From Epiperipatus broadwayi (Eukaryota; Animalia; Onychophora): a stretch of 64,000 nt of DNA. The notes beneath the pieces were generated by a model. The model was not told the DNA's origin. It saw only the letters and a program-made list of their open reading frames with translations, and ran no database searches. Shown in pieces: positions 53,103 through 64,000 of the stretch (positions are counted from its first letter, which is position 1; each line of letters starts with the position of its first letter). The stretch spans positions 7,130,001 through 7,194,000 of the forward strand of contig JAQFVV010000007.1 in assembly GCA_028023455.1 (NCBI GenBank). The letters are read 5' to 3'. A program made the position numbers and the translations under genes.

Positions 53103-53530
53103 ACTACAAGTTGATACACAAGGATCAAATTTTCTGCACTCATAACTTTAGATAAATACATTAATTATTAGTATTAATTATTTATTAGGCTAAAGATTAT
53201 CACATATATCATTCCTAATTCAAATATAAACTTCAAACTATTGGGTTTACTACAAATTGATTACAGGTGTCAAACTTTGTGCACTCATAACTTTGATACC
53301 ATCCATTTCAGATAAATACATTAATTATTAATAATAATTATTTATTAGTCTAAAGTCATACATATCACTCCTAATCCAAATATAAACTTCAAACTATTGA
53401 CTTTATTACAAGTTGACCCACAAGTGACAAACTATGCACTTACAACTTTGATATAATCTACTTCAGATAAATACATTAATAATTATTGCTAATCATTCAT
53501 CAGGCTAGATATTATATCATTTCTAGAGAT
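53103..53530 (+). repeat. Family G: about 150-bp unit, roughly 2.8 tandem copies, also dispersed
   Basis: Units at 53103, 53249 and 53405. Related sequence at about 16960-17030 (-), 17190-17330 (-) and 50270-50345 (+). Confidence 0.8.
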
Positions 53531-55485
53531 CTGAAAATTTTTATATTTTAGCTATATCTCTGAAAAAATGTCATAGTGAAACAAATGATAGTAATTCAAA
53601 ACAGTAGATAAGTGACATATATCTGGTAAGAAATCACAAAACAGAGCAAACAGTAAAAAATTAAAATCAAAATATTTTCATATTAATCCAACTATCTATA
53701 ATACAAAATCATCTCTTATCCAAACAACATGTCTAAGGTGATTTAAATTTTTTTATAATAGACAAATTAGTTTCTATACATATTCACAAACAAAATTAAG
53801 AAGAAGAAAATCAATAAATACCTATAAAATTAATGTCTAATGGCTATGAGCTGCCTGCTTTTTCTTTCATATCTTAATAGAATTTAGATTAAGATGAGAG
53901 GGTTAAAGAATCTATTCTTGAAATCCGAAAAATTCACAAATCTGAAAATGTTCAGCAAAGAAGTATTATAGATGCTGATTTTACCTATATAATTAAACAA
54001 TTAATTTAAAGTTTAGATTTTATAAACTTTTACACTCATAAATACATCTACATGAAAACTTAAGTTATTGAGAGTTAATATTTGTTATTATCTCAAAAGA
54101 TATATTTAAGTTTCATTTATCAGAACACTTCTAAATATAAAAAAATCAATTTTAAATTTTAATACATTTGATTTATAAAGAACAAAGGACTAAAAAAAGT
54201 TTGTCCCTTGTGCACATCTTTTCTTTCTAAGTTTTTTGTGACTAAGATAAAAATATATTTATTTCCTCTTAAAATGAAAATAATTCTCCAAAGTAAAATG
54301 TATAGTATATTAATACACAAACAATTATTCTGAATACACAGTATACATAAGTCTTGATAAAATATTTATTATTGTTAGCAGTCTAAAAGTCTATCTTTAA
54401 ATTGCATGCTATCTAGTTTTTAAGTTTTATTAAAAAAATATTTTTACAGAATACATTATTATCAATTTGATCCCAAGTGGTACACTTAACTTTCATTTTA
54501 TATATGCAAAAACAACTCTTTTCTATACATATAAACTCTGTTTAAATTTTAACACATTTAATTTGCAAAGAAAACATGGTGGAAAATTTAATTTGCAGTA
54601 ACTAGCAAATATACTTACGATATCCACAACGGAGGGATTGAACCTGAATCACTCTTCATAGCTTTTTCAAAATTCCAAAGAAGTGTGAATTATTTTTTCA
54701 AGTAGCCAGTCACTATCTAATCGTACTTAATTATTGATTAATAAACACTGATATCTAGTTATTATTACTTAAGTTATATAACAACAAAAATCAATAAGTC
54801 CTCATCTCATGCCAGTTGATCAGCCTAAAGAATACTGTCTTGTCCTTCAGGGCTTCCCTGGGGATATCTTGAAATAATTTATTTAAAGACTATTTTTGAC
54901 ATGTGTATACATTCACAAAGAAACAATAACTCACTTCTCTCAGTTAACTTAACTTGAATGTATTTTATAACCTAGAAGCCACTAAAAGTGTGGCCGTTTT
55001 AATGATGTTAATTTTGTGAACATCTCCCAAATTTCTTCATGTTGTTGCGATATGACAATTATTATAGCGTAAATTGATTTATTTGCAACTATCTGTACCA
55101 TAGAGTTGATCCATTTTGCATTCTTTTAAGATAAAAACTTATGTTGAAATGTACATTGATACATTAATTCAAATTAAAATCTCTACAAGTCAGGACCATA
55201 CAGAGAGAATAAATAAAGTGATATGGGCATGTTTTCAAAAATAGGAATGATATGTGTGTGAGCATAGCTTTTGTTTAATCTTAAAATTCAAAATAGCATC
55301 TTTACCACATATGCATGTATATTATTTTTATTTTTGTAAAATTAAATGAAATATTTGGTTTTGATTACAATATATTTATCTGCAGATTTTTCTGAATGTA
55401 TTTATTTTTTATAAAAATATAAGTCAATAGAAGTGTAATAATGTAAAATAAAAATTTGTCATTGAAAAAAAAAACAACCTAATAC

Positions 55486-55985
55486 ATCATTATCATCAAT
55501 CAAATTCTGTCCTGTGGACAGTCCATTCTCTTCATTGCTCAGATTTTCAGTTCCATGTATATATATATCTTCCATTTTTTATATCATTCAGCAATCTCTA
55601 GTCCTTTTTTGTTTCCTTTCATTATTTCCTCTAAAACATCTTTCATTAAATTATTCTTCCTTTTAAGCATATGCCCAACCCAGTTTCACTTTTAAATACC
55701 TCCATCAACTTTCTTTTTTCATTTATTCTTTCCAAAACTTCATTTGACATTTTATTCATTTTTCTCCATGACCACATCTTAAAAACAACTAACCAGTTAC
55801 TATTTTTTTTTACTCATTTCCCACATTTCACAACTATACAATGGTACACTCCATACAAAACAATGAATCTTTTTTTTAATTATCTCATCAAAGGTCCAAA
55901 AATATTGTATTTTTTCTTAATAAATGCAATAATACATTCATTGGAAAAAGACAATCTGAGAGTTGATGCTTGGAATGTATGATCA
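55486..55985 (-). mobile_element. Decayed LINE 3' fragment, same family as 38560-39002
   Basis: Minus strand LYSCEMW...KMWSWRKM, with the matching 3' end acaggacagaatttgattgatg. Confidence 0.7.
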
Positions 55986-58042
55986 TTGAGAAATACAGGA
56001 AAATTGTTTTTTTTTTTTTGCTATTTTTGTTTTTTATAATTTTAAATTACAAAACATAATATCATAGCTTTATATATTCTTTATAAAATTCATTTTAGTG
56101 AAATAAATAGATAGGGAATAATTTTTTTTCATTTGAAATACATTTTTATAACCAAAAAGCAATTGTCCTGATTATATATTTCATAATAAAAATAGAAATT
56201 AGAAGTTCATATCTAAGTAAACATGGACAATCTTTAACCATTGATGTTGCCAAGAAACTAACAATTACTACTAACTAACAATCCTGAAAGCTAAACATTT
56301 CTCATTAACCTATAACTCTTTTGTTGGAGTTCTTTTTTGATGTAAAAGCTAAAAGTTATCTCTGTTTATACTGATAGTCTCATTTCTATTCTTTATTATA
56401 ACATTCCATAGAAATATTTAATTCAACATATTGTACCATATTTTTGATACAAGAGGTTGACATTGGCAATTTAGAATTTAAAAATTATTAAATTTCAGAA
56501 AAGAAAGAATAGTATTTTTTAAAAAAATACCATCTGATTTATTTTTAGACATTTTTTTTGGTTAAAAAAAAAAAAGAGAATAACAAAATGTTACTTTTGA
56601 TTTTTGCTAAAATAAGAGTATAAATTCTTATCATAAAACAATTAGTATTAATTAAAAATTAAAATCACAGCATTCTTTTACAGTAATTAAAGATGGGTAC
56701 CAAAAAAAAAAGATGACTTTGGAAACAGAATGACATTAAATTTTGTCAAAGTTAAAAGGTATAAACAGGATGTGCATAACAGACTAAAAATCAGGGAGAT
56801 GTATAAAAAGCAAATACATCTTGCACCTTAGATGTTCATCTTCTTTTGCATGGTGTTATATGTGATCTGGAATAATCATTTGATATAAATTAATTTTTTC
56901 AGCAATGTTGAATAAAATGCACAAAGCTACTCTTACTAATGGACTGAATTGTTATAATATGTGTGAGTAGAGAAGAGTTTGTTTGCTGATGTTTACTTCC
57001 TTCCTAAAGTCATAGTAATGCCATGAGTGAAGGCATCTCCTGCCTGAATCTTTGAGCCCTGGACTATTTACAAGCTGGAATAAGAATGTACAACAGATCC
57101 CTCCCAGGTCAAACAAAACCATGCATAATAATCTACACAGTACTATACTTGAATACTTGAACTTACTGATAAAAAACTATCTAACATAAATTAGAAGTGA
57201 TCGATCACCAAATCCTGTGTTGAGTCAGATTACTGAAAACAGAATCTTAAGAACAATAACTTTTAATAACTATCTAAGTTTGATTTTTTTTTTTTTTGCT
57301 TTTATTGCTCTTATTAGCATTAGAAATATTTTAATTATGTATTAATAAACCTTAGGAATATAAATTGTGTTGGTGTCTATTTAAATTTATTATTACTATT
57401 TAAATTCTTCTATTATTGTTTTGCCAAATAAATTTCCAATGCTATAGTAACAAGTATAATCCTCCAGGGTGTAACAATTAATTATTTAATAGTGACTAAT
57501 AAAGATAGGTGGGGTGAGCCAGTGCATTCATATATAGAATCCTGATGGACAAACAAATTAAAAACTGATTTTGTTCTCAGCTATTTAAAAAAATGTGTTA
57601 CGTTAAGCTGGGTTGTGTGATCAGGAAAAATAATTGTGTTCACAAAAATACCTGACATCACAGTGGACACAATTTGGTCACTGAATACATGGAATTTAAA
57701 TGTGTAAACCCTAAGATACCGATAGAAGGTACAATATATCTTTCGGTTTTTTCTTATTTTCCTATATTTTCAAAGTTGGCATATTATTTTTAAGATTATT
57801 ATTTGTCATCTTTTTTTTTTTAATGTAAAAAGGTGCTGAAGAGTAAAGATGTATTCATTAAAATAAAAACCATAAAAATGTTACCAAATTGGCAATTAGG
57901 AGGCTGTTAAAAAACTGTATGCCTGAAAAGTTAAATGGTTTCCCAAAATAAAGTACAATGTCCTGTTAACTCAATAATATGCTTAATTGCATGTGTTATG
58001 TATTTCTTTTATCTTACATGCAGGCTACTTGTGAATAGATTG

Positions 58043-58345
58043 TTATTAAACCACTAAACATCACATGATCACCACTTCTTATGTTTGTTCATAACTGTTA
58101 TTATAACAGGCAAAACTCTCCATACAGTAGTGCCACTCAGTGCAAGCCAGAGCAATCGATGGATGCCAGAAGGCACATGTATAAAATCCCCATCTAGTGC
58201 TCAACCATCCAATATCCCCAAACTAGTTTCTGGCTTGTGGCTTTCCTCAGTGAGGAGCTTTGAATCTCTGAGAGTGTTGCACCTAGATCTTAGGATCCAT
58301 TGATCACTCTGGCTTACACTGAGTGGCACTACTGCATGGAGAGTT
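58043..58345. mobile_element. Family A inverted dimer
   Basis: Long antisense arm containing the HHR, joined to a short sense arm ctctggcttacactgagtggcactactgcatggagagtttt. Confidence 0.75.
58216..58255 (-). ncRNA. Type I hammerhead motif, family A, partly degenerate
   Basis: Minus strand CCUCA-CUGAGGA-AAGC-CACAA-GCCA-GAAA-CUAG-UU-UGGGG. Confidence 0.65.
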
Positions 58346-59490
58346 TTTCCCGTTTTAATAATAGATTGTTATACTTTCTGCTCTGCAACACAAGCTTAAT
58401 TAAAGAATTTGAGTACTCTCATTACTCATCATTCCATTCACTGACAGCTCAAACATTTACTACTTCTACAATATCCTCATTAATTGATTTTTGTTATTGC
58501 CGCCATTTTTTCTACCAATAAAAAGCTCCTAAATTACTGATGTCATTTTACCACTGTTGAGAAGCTGAATAAATAATTCTATATTTGATAATGCTCACTA
58601 ATAAATATTGGTATTTAAAATATGAAATCAAGAAAAAACCAATTTTTAAAAATATTAAGTGAAAAGAAACAAAGTGGTGATGTCACTAACAATCTCCATT
58701 TTGAAACTCTTTTCAGAATATAGATTTCTTCTTTATTATAATTTATAACATTTCACCCTGTGTGGTTCAGCACAGTTGATGAGTGTCCATGGAGAGGTCT
58801 CAGGTCTGGTGTTCAAACTTCTTATGAACTCCCGAGCAATAAATCCATATGGTTTTTTTTTGTAAAACACACCACTTTAAAAAATTCTATTAAAAATAAT
58901 TTTTTACTACTATTAAAAAAATGTTAATCTAAAATGTCTTTGTTTATTCTCAATGTTTGGAATACATCTTATAAATATCATACAATTTCATAGCTAATTA
59001 TGATAATAGCAGTAATAACATTTCACACTTCTATGTAATCTTCAGCATTCCCAGTGTACTAACTAAACAACAATTAAATTATTGAAAACTACGAATATGT
59101 AAACATTGGGTGTAAAGCATCCTCCCACAGGCTTTGAATCAAATCATAGCCTGGGTGGAGGGTGATTTACTCCCTTCATTTACATATACATTGAGCTATG
59201 TTTAATTTAAAGTTTAAAAATCATGAATATAATAATATTAATGAGAGGATAAAATCCCTATATCTGTTTCTTCAATAAAATGTTTTGCCTCTTTTTTTGA
59301 GAACTAACTACTAATAGATTTGTGATGCAACACATGCAATTATATCCAAAGAATAATGTGCCCATGCCAATTACAAATTATGTGTTTATGATAAATAATA
59401 ATTTTAAAGATTACATTGTAGCAGGAAAATCAAGCACATGGGATAAACAACAACAAAGATGATTATTTCAAAACATTCCTTGACATTGTA

Positions 59491-60492
59491 CAGGTAACTT
59501 CCACATAACACAGTGCATAGGTCCCTAAAAATGTTGTGTTATGCAAATTCATGTTTCTAATTTCAACAGCATGTAAATATTTTTTACTACTGCTTCAATA
59601 TGTAACATTTAAAATTATAATCATATCACAGATCATTTCAAATATACTTCTCAGAACTATTTTCATGCAGTAGTAAAAGTTATTTATATGCTGCTGAAAT
59701 TAGTAATATTCAATTTAAAATTATATATGAAACAGTAAGCTGGCTTGATTAATTTATAAATTAAGAGTACCACAAATTATAAGTTTCAGCCTTTTGTATA
59801 TCAATGTCAATTTATTTACAATACATTCAGTTGGAGGTCAGATAAAAGAGAATACTTTTGTCAAACTGAATAAATGGGTATTGATAAATGAAAAATAAAA
59901 TTGTATTTGCAAGTTTATTAAAATAACCTATCATCCTGCCTACAAAATAGTTCTGAGTGACTGTTATTTGAAATAAGAATGTTCCATGATAAGACTGAAA
60001 CTCATGTTATATGAAACAAAGAACTAGTACAAAAAACAGGGTTAGGTTCCAAACGTTTAAAAAAAGCTATAGTATTTGCATTTTATATAATATGTTTACT
60101 AAAACAGTAATTGATCAAAAGTATTACATATTAATAATACATACCAGAAAATTTGAAATTTATATTAGTAAAAAGAAGAAAATGATAAAAATCTTAAAGA
60201 ATTAATACTCTATGAACAAAATAAATTTCATAATACTCTATGAACAAAATGAATTTCAAATTCTTAAATATTTTAAAACTCCGTATGAAATCCTATATGA
60301 CATATGTATCCCTTGTTATATGAGAATTTACCTAATTATCAAAACTTGTTGTATGAATGCAGTGTTATAGGAACGGTTTCATCAACTTTTATTTTTGTAG
60401 AAATGCTGTGTTATGGGGAGTTCCCCAAATTCTCAAACCATGTTAGAATGAAAACAAGTTGTAGGAATGCCATGTTATACAGGGATTATCTG
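59491..60492. mobile_element. Possible old Tigger/pogo-like DNA transposon remnant
   Basis: TA-flanked imperfect TIRs caggtaacttccacataac and rc cagataatccctgtataac; no transposase recognised. Confidence 0.4.
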
Positions 60493-60756
60493 TACTTTCT
60501 AGCTTTACAAACAAAAATGTAGACTGGACTACATAAATAAAAATAAAAAATAAAAATTGTGTCATTCTAGTGAAAAGCCATCATGCCCATAAAGATAATA
60601 GAAAACCCCTATTTCATAAGTAAATTGTAATTTTCTATTTTACTCCAGTTTCTGAGCATCTGAATGTAATTATATTTACTAAATAGTTATCAATTTTTAT
60701 ATAGGACTACTTTATATATATATATATATATTGTACATATACATACAGTATTCAAT

Positions 60757-60794
<38 letters not shown>

Positions 60795-61558
60795 ATAAGT
60801 GGAATCACACAGGCAATGATACTCTACAAATCCTGAATTTATGCAACATCTTTTTTTCTTCTTTAAGTTTAAATGTTTTTTTCTCATTGTAATTAATGGA
60901 AAGATCTCTGAAGAACACATTTGATCAGTCAAAATTCTCAGGTACTCTTAGAGATCTGAAATAATAAAATTCTGTGTTTGCATTGTATAAAGTGGATAGA
61001 AAATTGGGTTAAGTGTTTTTTCTTTATATTAGTTAATTTCAACTATAATTTGTATATTATTATTTAAAAGATAAAATTAAATGCATAGTTTGAGTTTCTT
61101 CTCAGGATGAATCAAGAGCCAATCACTGATCTTATATCATTTTGATGTTTCTTTGGAATTATGAACTTCAAGTAGAATTAAGACTTGAGCACTAGATACC
61201 CAGCCCAAACCAATTTGGTATAAATAAGATGTCAGCAATTTAGAACTATTTTATAAATGATTTTAGTAAAGAGTGAAATTAGATAAGTAACAGCACCTTC
61301 TAAATCTGAATTTAAGTAAAAACTATTTTATTTTAGTCAGGAATTTATATATTTGACTATTTAAAGATTAATCTGAACATCTGTTACATCACATGGCCTC
61401 TCATGCTTACTCATATACTTACAAAAATTATTTTCATCCTATTCTAGAGTCATATTCCATAAGCTTGAATAATCGATAGATGGTATAGTGCTATAAAGTT
61501 CAATCTTTACATTAACAACCTTTCACTTTTTATGCTATCAACCTGGTAATCTGAATTT

Positions 61559-61684
61559 CCCTGTGCAGCTTAGCATAGTTAGTAGTGTGTCTGACTTGAG
61601 ACCAGGAAGTTCCAGGATCGTTTCTGGTGCACACAGGTCTAAGCTCAAACTTCTTATGAACTCCTGAGCAATAAAGCCATATAT
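61559..61684 (+). mobile_element. tRNA-derived SINE (family E)
   Basis: A-box-like tagcatagttag and 3' body tcaaacttcttatgaactcc.gagcaataaa.ccatat. Related copies at 2313-2425 (-), 14312-14431 (-), about 24445-24490 (-, partial) and 58756-58852 (+). Confidence 0.6.
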
Positions 61685-62831
61685 CTTTTTCTTAAATCTA
61701 ATTTTTTTAAAAAATCTTGAAGTTTCAAATCTAGTTTAATTCATTTGAGTAGCTATATAATTCTGAAATTTTATTCTCTTAGACGAGAAAAGTCAATACC
61801 AACAAAACATCACATAAACTGCCATATCCTTACTCATACATGGATTTATAGTGGTATGTCATCTGGAGCACATTGATTACTCTAGAATTTAATAGATATC
61901 TCTAGAACTAGGTGACAATGATCCAGGTAGCTTATTATTCAAATAAAGTTATTAAAACAAAATTTCAACAATAAGCTTTAATCTTTTATAATAAATAAAT
62001 TAATTTATACATTTATTTACAAACAAAATTAAACAAAAAAAACATTCATTAATTACTTATAATTTAATAAGTGTAATTATAGTGAACTATCTATTATCTT
62101 CCTATCTCAGCAGAGTTGAGTTTATTATGAGGGAGTTCTTGAAATCTAAGAAAATACCCCCCCCCCCCAAAAAAAAAAAAAACCCGGCGAAATCAGGTAT
62201 CTGATTCAGATTAGTAATGCATTACCAATATTAGTTTTTATTTCATGAGCTGCTTGTTCTCAAAGTCAGGGTGAAGTTTGCTATGATATCTACCTAAATA
62301 ATAATATTTATTCAAAAACAACTAAATGACATTTCATGCCTATAAATAATTAGTTCAAATATCTAATATTTTGTGTTTTAACTTTTTGAATAGGTAAATT
62401 ACACCCAATGATGCCATTCTCCATTGTTAGATGTAAGAACTCCATTTAGATGTTTATTATCATATTTTAAAATAAAAAAATTTTATTTTTAAAAATTGCT
62501 ATCACTTGAAAGCTTACATTTGTAAATAATAATGTAAAAATTAGTTATATAATATATAGGAAAAATATTTAATTTTAAAAATAAAATATTCAAGTGTGAA
62601 GGAATATTTAATAAAGAATTGTTAGGTTCTATTCAAAACAAATTGGAGGAGTTTTCACCTCAAAAAGTTAAATAGTGGCAAGAGTTCTGAAAAAGACTGT
62701 TAGAAAGTCAAAACTTTTAAGTATTTTTGGAAGTTTGAATATAATAAGAGATTGTATTTGCATTGTGTTAAGTACATAAAAGAGTATATTTTAAATACAA
62801 GTATAATTATATATATACTTGGAGTTTAAAT

Positions 62832-63298
62832 GGTAATTATAGAGAATTTGAACACAGACTTTCAAGTTCCCTTTGGATATCCACTCTACCTCATAAAACT
62901 GATACACCTGGCCATGCATATGTGAAAAAGATGAATGATCTCAATATATATACTTCATGCTGAACTTACATTTAATCAGCTGGTCCAGATCATTATCTGT
63001 CACATATAGATAAAATCAGTGCTCGGTTTGTATTAAGATAGCAAATCTTCAAACTTTAATGAACAGGTTTCAATCTACTCCACCCTCTACCATTTTAGCC
63101 ATCCATTTCATTGAAAATCTGATGATGACATGTAGGAGATGATGATCTGGACTAACTGATGAGTGCTGGTTCAACATGAAATACGTATATTGGAGATCAT
63201 TTATCTTTTTCACATTTGTGCTGTCATGTGTATTGGTTGTATGAGATAGAGTGGATATCTGAAGAAAACATAAAAGACTGTGTTCAAATTGCCTATAA
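62832..63298. mobile_element. Family B inverted dimer with unequal arms
   Basis: Antisense arm about 62832-63128 and sense arm about 63129-63298; both outer ends carry the (g/t)gttcaaat 3' end. Confidence 0.8.
63152..63193 (+). ncRNA. Type I hammerhead motif, family B
   Basis: CUAA-CUGAUGA-GUGCU-GGUUC-AACAU-GAAA-UACGUA-UA-UUGG. Perfect palindrome AUACGUAU in stem III. Distal stem GAUGAUC/GAUCAUU is compensatory relative to the 43680 copy. Confidence 0.75.
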
Positions 63299-64000
63299 TT
63301 ATAATTATAAAAGAGTATACTAGTGTATTTGCTTATATTAGCAATAATACTAAAAATAGTATTAAAACAACTCATATCATACTAAGATAGTAGATTCTGA
63401 TAACTGTGAAAGATTAAAGACCACCTTTACAATTTTAAGCTACTACAAAACATATTTAGGAGTAAATATCTTTCACATGACTATTTTTTGTATTGTTGAA
63501 AGTAGACAATTAATAATTAACACTACTTATTTCTGTAACTAAGTATTTACTATTTCAATGCATCATGTTGAAACGCACTATTAATTATCCCTTTTATGAC
63601 ATTCTTCCACAAATATTACAGTAGTTTGTCTTGAGAAAAATTTATTTCTAAATGTAGCTTTTAAAGTCATGAATGCAGTATTCTTAAAATGGAGTTATAT
63701 CAAGTCAAAATATACTTCTGGTGATCATATGAATGATACATTTACCTATATAAATTTTTTGGGTATGCCAATAGTTTATTCATGATTATGATGATGGAGG
63801 ACATCCACTAACTATTGTTAGATATTCTCCTACTCTTTTGCCATCAGTTCTAAAAAATTATTCTTAATGAACTGATTATAAGCTTCATGGTATTATAGAG
63901 TACTGTAATGGTGTTACTATGCTTTGCTTTAAATCACTTTTGCAGCTAATTACCAGTTTTATTTTCATTTGATGATAACACTTAAATTAAAGTAAATATT

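Noticed and set aside
23957-58303. Similar ORFs at 23957 and 58085
   Set aside because: Antisense reading of family A repeats.
29524-62182. Recurrent C-run followed by A-run (29524, 41634, 62157)
   Set aside because: Flanks are unrelated; these are ordinary homopolymer slippage products.
43634-63375. Mutually similar ORFs (43634, 47578, 48007, 63070; LNQHSSVGPDYHL)
   Set aside because: They are the antisense reading of family B HHR repeats, not a protein family.
1-64000. CRISPR arrays, rRNA, genuine tRNA genes, prokaryotic operons
   Set aside because: No repeat-spacer array or such genes seen; the tRNA-like sequences are degenerate SINE heads.

Overview
AT-rich, mostly CpG-depleted eukaryotic (probably invertebrate) DNA. 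I can support no host protein-coding gene; the window is dominated by transposon remnants. Main result: several dispersed repeat families carry type I hammerhead ribozyme (HHR) motifs. An apparently intact HHR lies at 34983-35021 (-) inside a 404-bp insert flanked by 22-bp direct repeats. Family A (about 6 HHR-bearing copies) and family B (about 8 copies, 5 clearly readable) have palindromic stem III and compensatory stem changes. Both families mostly occur as asymmetric inverted dimers with 3' ends facing outward, the layout known for Penelope-like elements and retrozymes. Also present: a 5'-truncated L1/Tx1-like LINE (29594-32842, -, 16-bp TSD), a 5'-inverted RTE insertion, other RTE/LINE fragments, two tRNA-derived SINE families, a 2.1-kb tandem-plus-inverted array interrupted by a TTAA piggyBac-like element, a foldback enclosing a compound triplet microsatellite, and several small foldbacks. 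All folds and translations were done by eye. Repeat boundaries are approximate unless defined by a TSD.
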